From: Octopus sinensis
Taxonomy: Eukaryota
NCBI RefSeq assembly: GCF_006345805.1
Contig: NC_042998.1
Span: forward strand, 178,436,001-178,500,000
Direction of reading: 5' to 3'
Length of the DNA: 64,000 nucleotides
Shown here: in pieces, positions 1-13,420 of the stretch
Layout: each line of letters begins with the position of its first letter
Numbering within the stretch: the stretch's first letter is position 1
Notes under the pieces: model-generated
The model's database searches: none
Told to the model about the DNA's origin: nothing
Seen by the model: the letters and a program-made list of their open reading frames with translations, nothing else
Made by a program: the position numbers and the translations under genes

Positions 1-175
1 ATAAAAAACCTCCTTTGTTAACTTTCTTAATATCATAACGACTGTTAAATATCTTACAATGCCAAATACTTCAATGTTTTGACTGAGAATTCTTCATTCA
101 ATAGACCATATTTCTCTGTCTATACGGTACACTGCAATAAAGCATCTAAATTATTATCTCGACAACAATACAATA

Positions 176-578
176 GGCGCAGGAGTGGCTGTGTGGTAAG
201 TAGCTTGCTAACCAACCACATGGTTCCGGGTTCAGTCCCACTGCGTGGCATCTTGGGCAAGTGTCTTCTGCTATAGCCCCGGGCCGACCAATGCCTTGTG
301 AGTGGATTTGGTAGACGGAAACTGAAAGAAGCCTGTCGTATATATATATATATGTATGTGTGTGTGTTTGTGTGTCTGTGTTTGTCCCCCTAGCATTGCT
401 TGACAACCGATGCTGGTGTGTTTACGTCCCCGTCACTTAGCGGTTCAGCAAAAGAGACCGATAGAATAAGTACTGGGCTTACAAAGAATAAGTCCCAGGG
501 TCGATTTGCTCGACTAAAGGCGGTGCTCCAGCATGGCCGCAGTCAAATGACTGAAACAAGTAAAAGAGTAAAAGAGTA
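176..578 (+). mobile_element. tRNA-derived SINE, family A (tail of AAAGAGT repeats)
   Basis: A-box-like TGGCTGTGTGG and B-box-like GGTTCAGTCC, an internal (TA)n/(TG)n tract and a 3' AAAAGAGT repeat tail. A near-identical inverted copy lies at 9534-9946. Confidence 0.9.
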
Positions 579-1319
579 ATACTGATCATGTAAAATTGGC
601 ATTACTAAATACGAGTTTTAGATCACAAAACTAGTGTGCTGAGATAGATGGAAGCTCTGTGAGTGCACAACATGCTAGAAATAGCAACCAAATCACTCTA
701 AAATCATAACATAGTATAATAAAACAAAAGAACCAACTGGATAACATAATCCTAGATGGCCTGAGAAGGATAAGATGGCCACCATTTCAATTATAGATCT
801 GCTTAATCATGGTTGACTTGAAATTGATTTATGACCATTAAGTTAGACAAGTAAAATTTACATTGCTTACTAATTTATATCTGCTTTCAGAGTGCTCACA
901 GACATAATCAGGCTATCTAGATTATAGATTATGTTATCCAATATGTCCTTTTTTTGTATATCAGATTGTAACTTTAGAGCGATTTGACTGCTATTTCTAG
1001 CGTATTGTGCAACAACAGAGAGGGTCTCCTGAAATTCTCATGTGTTCGTGGTATCCATTGTCTAGATTGGAAAACAGTAAATGCCAGAAAAATGTTTTAT
1101 GGTATTTGGTTACATTCTAAATTAAAATTCCACCAATGATGGCAAAGGTCTAAACCATTGATATCTTCAGTGTCCATAAAATACATTGCAACTGTGAGAT
1201 ATATCCCATAAGCTTTGAACCATTTTTAACTTCGAATGAATAAAAGACAAATTTGACCTTAGAGTGGAGAGACACGGACCTAATACTCAACAATTTCTGT
1301 CATTCTCCTGTCTTGCGAT

Positions 1320-1510
1320 AATGGTTTCAAATGTTGGCACAAGGCCAACAATTTTAGATGAAGGGGTAAGTCAATTACATCAACCCCAGTGCCCAACTGG
1401 TACTTACTTTACCAACCCTGAAAGGATGAAAAGCACAGTTGATCTCAGTGGAATTTGAACTCAGAACATAAAGAGCCAGAAGAAATGCTGCTAAGCATTT
1501 TGCTCAACAC
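1320..1510 (-). mobile_element. Decayed SINE, family B (Meta/MESC-like central domain)
   Basis: Reverse complement matches the young copy at 63228-63461 (ctgagttcaaatt...cctttcatcctttc...aagtaccagt). Confidence 0.8.
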
Positions 1511-1662
1511 ACAAATATGCCAGCTCAATACCGTAATGGTAAGGATAGTATTGATGATCACAGAGACAAGGTTAGCTACTTGAAAGTACACTTACTATAA
1601 ATATATTTGGAATATCTGAATGGGTAAGCTAACAAACTCAAAGTTTATAACTTAGGTTATGG

Positions 1663-2100
1663 GTCATTATTTACATTATTTACATTTGACGGATATTTGT
1701 CCTCATCTTGTTTGTTGTTAACACATTTTGGCTGATATACCCTCCAGTCTTCATCAGGTGTCATGGGGAAATTTCGAACCTGGGCTCTCATACCTAAGGT
1801 ATTATCGATGTTATTATTATTATTATTATCATTATTCAGGTCACTGCCTGGAATTGAACTCGGAATCTTGGGTTAGTAGCCCGCACTCTTAACTACTATG
1901 CCATATAGTAATAATAATAATAACAACATCGAAAAATGCCTTAGGAATGAGAACCCAGGTTCGAAATTTCACCAAGATACCTGATGAAGGCTGGAGGGTA
2001 TATCAGCCAAAACATTGTGTTAACAACAAACAAGATGAGGACAAATATCCGTCAAAGGTAAATAATGTACATAATTCCTCATCTCTTAAATATAGAACTG
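1663..2100. mobile_element. Palindromic non-autonomous retroelement: tRNA head + (AAT)n + hammerhead-like motif, Penelope-style inverted ends
   Basis: Arms ~1666-1830 and ~1908-2075 are inverted copies. A tRNA-like head lies on the minus strand at 1838-1903. CTGATGA-stem-(G>A)AAAC occurs at 1981-2013. TAGGTTATGG is duplicated at 1653-1662 and 2101-2110. Confidence 0.85.
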
Positions 2101-3041
2101 TAGGTTATGGTTGTAAGGTTATACCCAACAAGAGGCATTGTGATGCAAAGTATGGTATTTAACTCTATTTGGTTTGGAGTCAATCTAAAGCCATACACAT
2201 GATATAGCCAAGTGAACAGCTCTAGATCAACATTTCAACTTGTTCTGATAAATGGTGTCTGTTTTTGTGTGTGTAAATGAAAATCCTGCATACACTATCA
2301 GGGAAAAGCTGTGAATTGCACAATCTTATAAGAAAAATATCCCAAACACACCCAACCAATACGACAGAATAAGGTTAATAAACTTGTATGTATCTATGAT
2401 TGAATAAAAGACACTAAGTAATAAACTGGGAAAACAGATAATTTAGTAAAAGAAAGAGTAAAAAATTAAATTATTAAAAAGAATAGAAAAAACAACAACA
2501 GCACAAGAGAAGAACAAACAACAATAAGTAAGAAAGAAAAGCTGATTTAAAAAGAATGTTAATTTGATAAACTGTTTAAAACACAAAAAAAAAAAAACTA
2601 GTAAAGTGATGTTTAAATGTCAGCTTGAAGTGTTACTTGTTGATGATGAAATTTCATGGAAGTGACATTTACACAGCTGTGTTGTTGTTACACATTAGAT
2701 TCAGATAGTAAAGGAGCACAAACACTGACACACAAACATAGTTACAAATGTGACAAACAAAGTAAAATAATTATAAATATGTAAGTAAAAAAAAAAAAAA
2801 AAAAATCTGAAAATCCGTGTTGTTGTTGCTGGTAATGGTTTTGATTGTGTTGTTTTCCATAGTTTTGATTCAAAGATTATACATACATACATACATACAT
2901 AAATATATATATGTATATAGGTTAATAGAGAGGGAGAGAATGAGCTGGAGAAGGAGTACTCAATACAAACATAGAATGTTGTGGTTTATTTAAAGCAGCC
3001 CACAGTTAGCATCCACTTCTTCAGAAAAGCCAGACTTATCA

Positions 3042-3073
<32 letters not shown>

Positions 3074-3091
3074 CACACACACACAGATATA

Positions 3092-3136
<45 letters not shown>

Positions 3137-3146
3137 GATATAATAA

Positions 3147-3203
<57 letters not shown>

Positions 3204-3208
3204 GATAT

Positions 3209-3241
<33 letters not shown>

Positions 3242-5952
3242 GGAGAGAGACTAAAGCTAACACAACACAACAATTCTGTAAATAACACCACACTTCTTAA
3301 GTATAAATGTAAATAAATGTATTTATGTATGTTATGTTAGAATAAGGATTTTTAGGAGGGGAGGTGATGAGTCTTAACAGGAAAAAAACATTTGATAATT
3401 TTGATGGCATTGTAATTAGGGAGTTACTGTTGGTTTTTTTTATTATATATATATATATCAAAGTTACATTACAAGATATTCCTTTCTCGAGAAAACTCTT
3501 ACATCCTTTCACTATCTCCACTACCATCATGATGATTATCATCATCATAATTCTTGCTACAAGCAACACCAAACCTTGGAGGCAGCTAGTTTAATTAAAA
3601 ATGTACAGTTAGGGGAATAGGACTAGGTAGGTGGAAGAAATACCAAACATCAAGCAGTGTTTCAGGTATGTAGGACATAACTGCTTATTTCAACATCCTT
3701 CTGGTTTTATCTAGGCTATATGTAAATCAAAAACATAAACAAACAGGTTTCAAAAAACAAACAAACAAACTGATAAGTAAAATAAATACAGGCAGGTATC
3801 AAATGTTTGTAATTTCTACTTGGCTATGAGCAGTACTCCCTACGATTAACTGGTTTCAGAGGAAAGTGAAGGGGAAGTTGTGGTGCTTATGCCTTCCTTA
3901 AGGGTGTTGATGAAGCAAATAATTTGATGTAAATTAGTTATAACTGGAAACTGAAACCAAGTTGTAGATTTTGGCTGACTAAGAATTTCATTTCTAAACT
4001 GCAGCATTTTTCACAATTAGGATAAGTAATTAAAAGAAATTATATAACAGGTATAATTACCAAGCTCTTATAAAGTTTAATCCTCCAGTCTTGTGTTTGG
4101 TTAAAGCACTATGCTAACAAACATCAACCATATATTGTTTGTTGTTATGGTAGTACAACCCCAAGGCCAGTCCTGATTAACAAGACATACGATTCAAGGC
4201 AATTCAGCCATGACCATTCCATCTTTTCTTGGTCAGGCACATCTCCAATGTCTCCTTCCATTTTTAAAATAGCAGGGTGTCTTTTGAAGAAGATTTGGCC
4301 ATCTTGTCTACTATGTTGAGCAATCACACAGTGGTTCCTTTGTAGGCCTGGCTCTCTCATTTGCGACCTACACCTCATAAGTTGGCTTCAGCAGGGCTGA
4401 ATATAATGACTATCAACCATTATACTATATCCACCAATCAATGTCAAGACAACAACTAAACATTCAGATATAAATGACAACCACTGGCATATCAGTCCAG
4501 TAACTTAATCATTCAACCATTATGCTGCTATCATAAATTTATACACAACTTAAGAGGAATTATCTCTAAAAACATTAGTATCACTGGAAATTAGTTTAGT
4601 TTTCAATTCCTGGTTAGAATAGTTTCAACTCATCTTTTTTTGTTATTGTTGTGATGGCCACAATAGTTCATTCAATGTTGTAAATCAAGTTGAAGTAGCA
4701 GAATGGCTTCAACAGGAATTCACTTGAGATTTGAATCTTCTAGAGAGAAAATGACCGTGAGGATTATGCTTCAGGTAAGTTTGATAAAGCAAGTTGTACT
4801 CCAATTTGGAACAAGGTCCCATATCAATGCTCTGTTTAATCTTTTTCAATCCTTACTACAAGACAGCTTAACTCGATATTTAAAGAACGACAGAGGGTAA
4901 ACTAACCTGCAACTTCTCAATGTCAGCCCTTCATTTAAAGCTTCATTTATATCTTTAAAATTATGACTACTGCTAAAATTCTCAGCAAACAATGTCTGCA
5001 ACACAATTTCACTTGGAACCATTTGGATTAAGTATATTACACTTTCAAGAAATGTATAAACGTTACAGCTTCTCAGATTCAGTCAATAACTCTGAAGCTA
5101 CATAGCTAGTTTAGAAATCTTTATTACAGTTATTATTACTATCATCACTAAGGCAACAGATGAGCAGAATTGCTAGAATACCAGACAAAATACTTTGTGG
5201 TATTCCAGCCCTTTATGTTGTAGCAGATTCAAAACTGATTCAACAAATAACCAAGTTAAAATCACAGCTTAGTAACAACCTTTTCATGTGATCGGCCAAA
5301 TTATGGACCAATCAGCACTGAGAACCACATGATGCAACTTTCTTGAATCTTCTAGAATATCCCCTAACAAGGCATATAAATAGACATGCTTTGGGAGCTA
5401 AATTTCAGTTTGTGGGTAATTGCATCTCAGCTAACCACATTCTCATTTTGCTGCATTTAACAGTAATGATTCCTTCGCATAGGCAGCGGCTACAGTTTTG
5501 CAATTGTGAACCCAGCATGGTATTTTCTCCTATTGTGACAGCTTATTTACAGAGCCAACTTAACCAACTACTTTTGTAATAACTACAGAATTGTCATTTC
5601 CAGGGTAAAAACTTTGTTGTTGCATTTTTAATGCAAGGCCAACATGTGTAGTGAATAAAATTCTGTTAATTGTTCACTGGTGTTTTACATTCATTATACA
5701 CAACCTGAACCCAACTCAATCACCACCATTTCACATCTTTCATTCTACAACCATCATGACATTGGTCCACACTGTAACAATGTCTTCAGGGCAAATTCTG
5801 CCAAGGTTGACTTTGCTTTTTATCAAAGCTTTTTGGGAGCTGATAAAATAAAGCATCAGTCAAGTACTGGCGTCGATGTAATAGACTAACCCTCTTCTCC
5901 TAAATTTCTGGCATTGTACCTATATTAGAAACAATTATTACTTTATCCATAT

Positions 5953-6300
5953 GAAAGGTAAAAGTAAAGACCCCCTTTGGTCATGATTGACCATGGGATT
6001 GCACCTAGAAAGTTTCCCTCTAAGGCATAAGTCCAAGCAAGGTTGTTTATGGAAGACCAGCAGTTGCCCATCCATATCAACTTCCCCTCTCCACGCCACC
6101 GATGTTATCCAAGGGAAAGGCAAAGACCAATACAGCTTGGCACCAGTGATGTCACAACTTATTTCTACAGCTGAGTGAACTAGAGCAATGTGAAATAAAG
6201 TGTCTTGTTCAAGAACACAACACACAACCAAGTTTGGGAATCAAACTCACAACCTTATGATTGAGAGTGCAATGATCTAACCACTGAGCCATGCACCTTC
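5953..6300 (-). mobile_element. tRNA-derived SINE, family C (CORE-like segment)
   Basis: Minus strand has TGGCTCAGTGG, then a B-box-like segment, then GTGTTCTTGAACAAGACACTTTATTTCACATTGCTC. Related copies at ~12920-13180 and ~25920-26140. Confidence 0.75.
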
Positions 6301-8049
6301 AGTGCATATGATGATTTAATATCTCTATATTACTACAATACCTCAATACTAATGTCTTGCAAATAGAAATCAAACCTAATTTTTCAGAAATCAAACCTAA
6401 TTTAGAAATCATTGTTCACACTTTTAATAACTCTAGACTAAAACTTTTCAGAAGGGCTTGAACATCACAACTTCTTTTATGTCAATAAATAGAATCTCAG
6501 GTTCCATATTTATGTAAATAACAATAATTATTAACAATAACTACTCTTATTATCCTCATCATGTTATTGAATGACTTTTGTTAGTTTTTCAATAATAGAA
6601 ACAAAAGGGTATTCATGAGAAGATTCAATTAGCTGGCTGACAGATTAAGCTAGAGGTAGTGTCCATTTTACTAAATATATCCTCTCCTAAGAGGATATAT
6701 TTAGTAATATTACTTTTATGACAACATAGTAGTTGTTATTTAACCCAAGGTTAACCTATATGAGCTGACTCACAATCAAAAGCATTCCAAGTGTAATGTA
6801 ATCACTCCATTGTTTTAGGAGTATATTGGACAAGACAGAAGAATGTGATTTGAGGGAGATTTAGCAGCTATTTGGAGCAGATCAACTGATCATGTAGAAA
6901 CTTCCTTGTTTGCTCAATTTCTGTATAACCAGTGTAGTTATGTAGAAGCTTTGGGGACGAACATAAGTATTTAAAACATTTTGCCATTCCAGAACAGCAT
7001 TCATTTGACCTTCACTGATAGTAGCTTTATGAAGTTATACTCTAAAATATAAAACGTGCGTGTGTGTTTGAAATGCTACTTGTCTACTTACACTAAATAA
7101 CAGTATGGCCTTTGTTTAGGAATATCAGACAGGAATACAAAAGAGAAAATACAACAGTTTGACTATTTATTTGTTCCACCCATCTATCCTGATAAAAACA
7201 TTTTCTTTTTTGCTCAAATTTTCACAAGACCGCATTAAATAATTTGACACGGCTGTCTTTAAATCAAGGGGGACAAAGTAGCTGGCTTGATATAGAATAG
7301 CAAACACTTCTCAGACAGTCCACTTGGTGACTGATCTGTCCCTACCACCACACCACACCACAAAACACTGTGGCATAATTATTTCTTTTACATAAGCTTG
7401 AATCTTGATTTATAGAGCAAGGGTAAACTGGATTTGAAACATTTCTGCTATTCCAAAGGACATTTACAACATAGCCATGTAATCAGATACCTGTCACAAC
7501 TAAGGATTTCTTTAATAGCTATAGCTGCCTCAGATTCATAAATTTTGAGGAAGTAAGAAGTCATGTTATTTAAACCTCTCCTAGAGCTTTAATAATTTAA
7601 GTGAAATGGTTCCAAATGGAAATTAAGTTACAGCCTTAATTACTGAAAATCTTAGTACCACAAAACTATTTAACAATGATATTTTAAGGTTATAAAATCA
7701 CCCTTTTCCTATTTGGTATTATATATTTTAAAAAATGAATGGAATATCAAATGCACTTTAATAATAATAATAAAAAAAAGACTAAAGGACATAAAAAGGT
7801 GGGGGAACACATTGAGTGCACAGTGCAACACCAACTATAATAAGGTCAGATTCATACCTGTCTGTCTGAAGTATAAGCTTCATCATCACTATGGTCAGTT
7901 GTAGAATTTGGACCTAAAAACAAAAGCAGTAAAAGAATAAGATATTGAAAAATTGACATTATTTTCAAATCATTTTAAAATATATAACTTCAGTTTATTG
8001 TTATTATATAGAAAAACACAGGAAATAGTTTTATTTCATATAATCTTTC

Positions 8050-8082
<33 letters not shown>

Positions 8083-8322
8083 GAAAGTTAGCATCAATGA
8101 ATTATATTTCAATATTATTGGACATCACTGAGGTTAACTTTGCTTTGCCTCTCTCGAGAGCTAATAAAATAAGTCAAGCACTGAGGTTGTTTAAATCAAC
8201 AATAATCCTCATTACAATTTTGTGGATCTGTGCCAAAAAGTCTTTACTGCATTATCTTTTGAATGTTCGGCAAAGATTCAAACACCAACACACTACAAAC
8301 TTTAGCTCACAGCCATGATGTT

Positions 8323-8363
<41 letters not shown>

Positions 8364-9217
8364 CTACTGCTGCTACAGTGGTCTCTGCTCCTCTGAGCTA
8401 CATAACTGCATGTCTCCTACAATTGGGCCTATCTGACACACTTGTCTCTCCTCTTTCACTCTGATTGCATCTTATCACCCAGATCCCACATGAAACACAC
8501 TTTCTTCCTGGAATGCAGCCCTCTGGAACTTCCTCTCTGCTCATTTTCCCTCCCAAACTGAATATGAACCACATACAACCTGTAACGATTATGGGCACCA
8601 TCTCTTCCCTCTCTACTAACTTATAAATACATTTGAAAAAAAAATATAACCATTAAGCCAGTGGGTTGAAAAGTAAAGTCAACACAAGATTGGAACTTGA
8701 AATTGAGAATAAAGAAACCAAATATAGAAAAGCCTTTCACTTGTACTAAAGAACTGCCGTCACATCAGAATATATAAATAAATATATTTCTTTGTACATA
8801 TTCACTGCCTTTGGGTCTGTAGTTTGATAGTTTAATTATTCAGCTATTGCATTTCTTACATATGAAAACAGAGATGAGAGTGGTGGGGGAGAAAGAAAAT
8901 ATACAGTTTTAACAAGAAAATTAATCCCCCTACATTTCGTAGTCTGGCCTAAGGGGGGCAGATACATGAGAGGGACAGAGAGAGAGGGGGAAAGGAGAGA
9001 GAGAGAGAGAGAGAGAGAGAGGCTATAAAAGAGACATGGTGAGAAATTTGGGTTAGAAATGGAGGAAAAAAAGGGGAGCAAATGGCAGGGATGAGAAAGG
9101 GAAAGAGAACAAAAAAGAAGAAATGTGAAGGATACAAAAAGCATAGTGAACACTACAATGAAGAAAAGAGGGCACAAGTCCCACAAGGTTCCCACACTTT
9201 CTGAACAGCAACCTCAC

Positions 9218-9230
9218 CGCCTTGAAAGAA
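9218..9230 (-). CDS. Candidate 13-nt microexon of the host gene
   Basis: Minus strand reads cctttttttttttag|TTCTTTCAAGGCG|gtgagg, the same strand as the exon at 42882-43343. Confidence 0.35.
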
Positions 9231-9533
9231 CTAAAAAAAAAAGGACACAGCTGCTGACCTCCCTTTTATGACCAATTAATTAAAACCCGAGATGCACGTG
9301 TGAATAAATGGCTATGTAGACCTGGATTTAAAGGTGCAGGTATATACAAACAAAAGATATCCATCGACATCAGCCCACGAAACAGTAAAGACCAAGCATG
9401 CAACGCCACCAACTTCAAAGAAAGGAAAATAGTAATTGATTTACAGTTTGTGTATGTGTGAGAGTGGTTGTAAGTGTTACAATTTCATGTAAACATGTAT
9501 GTATGTACATACACCTATATGTGTATGTATGTA

Positions 9534-9740
9534 TACTCTTTTACTCTTTTACTTGTTTCAGTCATTTGACTGCGGCCATGCTGGAGCACCGCCTTTAATT
9601 GAGCAACTTGACCCCAGGACTTATTCTTTTGTAAGCCCAGTACTCTTTTACCGAACCGCTAAGTAACGGGGACATAAACACACCAACATCGGTTGTCAAG
9701 CAATGCTAGGGGGACAAACACAGACACAGAAACACACACA

Positions 9741-9783
<43 letters not shown>

Positions 9784-9946
9784 GACGGGCTTCTTTTTCA
9801 GTTTCCGTCTACCAAATCCACTCACAAGGCTTTGGTCGGCCCGAGGCAATAGTAGAAGACACTTGCCCAAGGTGCCACGCAGTGGGACTGAACCCGGAAC
9901 CATGTGGTTGGTAAACAAGCTACTTACCACACAGCCACTCCTGCAC
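9534..9946 (-). mobile_element. tRNA-derived SINE, family A
   Basis: Reverse complement of 176-578 with a small internal deletion. Confidence 0.9.
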
Positions 9947-11402
9947 CTGACAGAAGTGGTTCAGAATAGGTGGGTGGTTCTAAAAATTCAATGCGGTGCA
10001 GTGCAGGTAGTATATCGAGTAGCTGTTTATAATGTCACTGCAGTCAAATTTGACAAAACAAAGCTAAAAACATTACCACCACTGCCACCTCCACGACAAT
10101 TACAGCTCCTAACACAATGTTACAATTATAGTTGTTGCAATTACAGCCGCCACCATTAATTTAACAACCTCATTATCATAACACCAAAGGAGTCTCTATG
10201 CAGTCAGTTGACCTGCTAGAGGTAGCAGCTGAATTTCCTCCAATGACACTCTACTATCTTAAAATAGGAAGAACACATTGGACAATGAAGTCTCTTAAGT
10301 ACAAGAAAAAAGGGACTATCAAAGTTAACATGCTTCTGACCTAGATTATTACTATCAGTAAAGTTTTGGCTGTTTCCATGTCCATAACACCATCACTATC
10401 ACTGACAAAACATTACTAACACAAAGTCATGGTAGAGATTCACCATCTCCACCATGATTCTAGCTAAAGCCATCACTTCTATCACCACCACCATCATCTG
10501 CATCAACAAAAAGTATGTGTCCCACCTGAGACCTATATAACCTGTACTGATGTCAATAGGTGAAACTAGTCAAGTAAACATCCTATGGGAGAGGGTAAGG
10601 AGGATGGGATTGGATGGTTAGTTAATAACCAGTATTTATGTCATGGTTCTGTAATTTGGTGACTTCCATTCTTTTTTCCAGAGAGGTCAATAAAATAAGG
10701 ACCTATAGCTACTACTTGTCAGGTCATGTGAATATTTTAATCACTCTCTTCTCAAAACCCTCAGAAGAATATTTATAAACACATACACAGCATTCAAAAA
10801 GCAAGTTTTTACATGGAAATCCAGCCAGCCAGCCACAAAAATAGAAGCTAAATTCCTCTCAAATTATATTCAGTCATCCTAAAAGAAAGATACATTAAAC
10901 AATGTAATCCTAAATAAGCTATGTCTGAAAAAAAGATAGGATGGTTACCATGGGTTTGCTTAATCAGGGTTGATTTTGTAGCTAAATAACCAAAACAATA
11001 TACAAACCCATCAGAATTTATATAGCTTACATGTAATATTATTTTGAAGTTATAGCACATTTGAGAGAAATGGATGATTATGATTTTGTTTCAGTTGGAT
11101 CTTACTCAGTCAGAACCATTTATGCTATCTCATTACTTTAATTTTTTTCCAACAGACACCAACAGAATAAGGGTTTAGTTCCAAGAAAACTGAGTGTATC
11201 ATTTCAAATCTTGGAGACATTTCACTTCTCTTATATGGTGGAATAAAGAACATTATCCAAATTGTCTTACTTGACAATTCTTATTCTTACACTGATAGTT
11301 TTTATTTGGAGTTACTACCTTCCTAAATGGGGAATCTACAGTGTGCCTTCTCATACACTTCACATACATATATATACATATAAACAGATAGACAGATACA
11401 TA

Positions 11403-12210
11403 TGCAGGGGGTGATGGGTAAGTTGTTGCCATTTTATGTTTTTAATTTTGTGCATGCACATTGTTTGTTTTTGATTTTTGTCAACTACACTGTATAGTAG
11501 GGTCAGTTGGGCACCGTCTGTGAGACAAACAGCACCATGATGCAATTAACTCTGCCAGAAATTTGGAAATGACATGCTGTACTGCTTGGCATTCATGCCA
11601 GAAGCTCCAATGCAAACAGATGATGAACACACAGAATAACTGTTAGCTTTCCGTGTCCCCAAAACATGTACCAAGAGAGATAAATATCAAACATCCAGTC
11701 AACATCATGGTGTTTGGAGTATGTGATGTTATGCCTCCATTCATCTTCTCACACAGCCTCATACTCAACATGGAGGCCTACATCAAGTGCCTGCTGGTAG
11801 ACCCTGTGTCTGGCAACAGGACTCTGCACCATGCTGTACAAGCAGGAGAAGCCAGTCAAGGCTGTCAGACAACTTTTGCTACAGCATCATCCCTAGCATC
11901 TGGCCACCTAACTCTCCAGACTGCAACCTCCTTGATTATTATGTGTGGGGTGCAGTTGAATAAGAGACCAACAAAACTTCTTGTAACACCAAAGATGGAC
12001 TGAAGGCAAGGATTATAGCAGCATTAACCAACTTAAACTAGGAGACTGTCCAGAAGAGTTGCAGAAGATTCCAAAGTTGTCTGGAGACCGTGGTTGAAGC
12101 CAAGGGTGTTTTACTTAATAAATTTACTCTTTAGTATATCAAGATATTTTTATGTAATTTTGGTAAATATATCTGTTAAAATGAGATATCAGTGTTATTT
12201 TTAACTTTTG
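11403..12210 (+). mobile_element. Decayed, internally deleted Tc1/mariner element, DD37D (maT-type) transposase relic
   Basis: From 11811 it translates WQQDSAPCCTSRRSQSRLSDNFCYSIIPSIWPPNSPDCNLLDYYVWGAVE*, with 37 residues between the 2nd and 3rd Asp. Frameshifts and stops are present; ends are approximate. Confidence 0.8.
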
Positions 12211-12919
12211 CCATAACATAGCAATTGGATACTGTTCCCTTTCCATCTCTATATACTTAAACCATAAAATTCTTAGGTTTTATGATCATCTTTCAGAAGG
12301 TAATATGAAACCACTACAGTGTACTTTTACTGACACTCAGCGCCAGTGTCAAGCCATATTATCAAGAAGTATAAATGCAATTCCAAAAAATAAGTATCTC
12401 TTTTGGTTTCTTAAAAGGTATTGTAATAATTATTATTTGTGAGTGTACATATATGAGTGAACTAAATGCAAAACTAAGAAGGTGGGAGTTCTGAACAAGA
12501 ACTGATTTGGACTGTAGGAATCTGTCCAATCCCTGCCAGCATAGAAAAACAGAGGTAAAAATTGATGATATACTCTGCAATTTAGCATTAAGTTTTCTTT
12601 AATTAATATTTTATGCACAGGCTCACACACACACGCACGCACATATAGAGTAAGAGGAAACTCTTCAGCCTTGCCAGGCACAAGACAACCTCTTTAGAGC
12701 TGGTGCAATAATAAAATGTATGCTGTGTGTTTTGTAAACTGGTTTGTAATATGAAGGTCATCCAGCCGTAGAAACCATGCCATAAATGGAATATATGAGC
12801 AAGATATAACATCCAGCAATACATATAATGTGAGAGGGCAGTATCTTAAAAATTTTTTTAATTAAAAAAAAAATGATATTCTTTTAATATCCTTTTGATC
12901 CACACTAGAATGGGGAAAA

Positions 12920-13420
12920 GGCGCCAAGATTATTATGGCCTGATAGTTAGAGTGCTGCACTTACAATCGTGGTGTGTTGTGCTCTTGAGCAAAACACTTC
13001 AATCATTTTGACATTTGTCATGTGGAACCTCATGCACCTGTTCAGGCAATGTTGATTTGATGGAAGGAGTGAGCTAATGCATGGCACATATATTTGATCA
13101 CTATAAACAAATCATTTGTGCAGGTCGTCCAGCAAAAGCTGAATGTTCATACATTGTTTTTGATGGGAGAGTCCATCATCATTATTACTATTATTATGTA
13201 AGGTGGCAAGACGGCAGAATTGTTAGCACACCAGGCAAAATTCTTGGCAGTATTTCATCCAACTTTACATTCTGAGTTCAAAATCTGCCATGGTTGACTT
13301 TGCCTTTCATCCTTTCAGAGGTCAATAAAATAAGTACTGGTCAAGCACTGAGGTTAATCTAATTGACTTACCTCTTGCTCAAACTTGTTGGCCTTGTGTC
13401 AAAATTTGAAACCAATATTA
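12920..13420 (+). mobile_element. Adjacent decayed SINEs (family C-like, then family B)
   Basis: gtgctcttgagcaaaacactt at ~12980; ctgagttcaaaatctgcc...gcctttcatcctttc...aagtactgg at 13272-13340. Confidence 0.7.

Noticed and set aside
660-830. Recurrent tgctagaaatagcagccaaatc...cctttgatcatag motif (also ~985, 4280, 6850, 10205, 14215, 21500, 30130, 38500, 50060)
   Set aside because: An old dispersed repeat family; too decayed to set boundaries or class, and not a regular array.
2990-3293. YI/CV-rich ORFs here and at other (TA)n, (CA)n and (TAG)n tracts
   Set aside because: Translations of microsatellites, not genes.
9290-9302. AGATGCACGTGTG (E-box) shared with 32867-32879
   Set aside because: A 13-mer match between two sites in 64 kb is expected by chance; no other support for a regulatory role.
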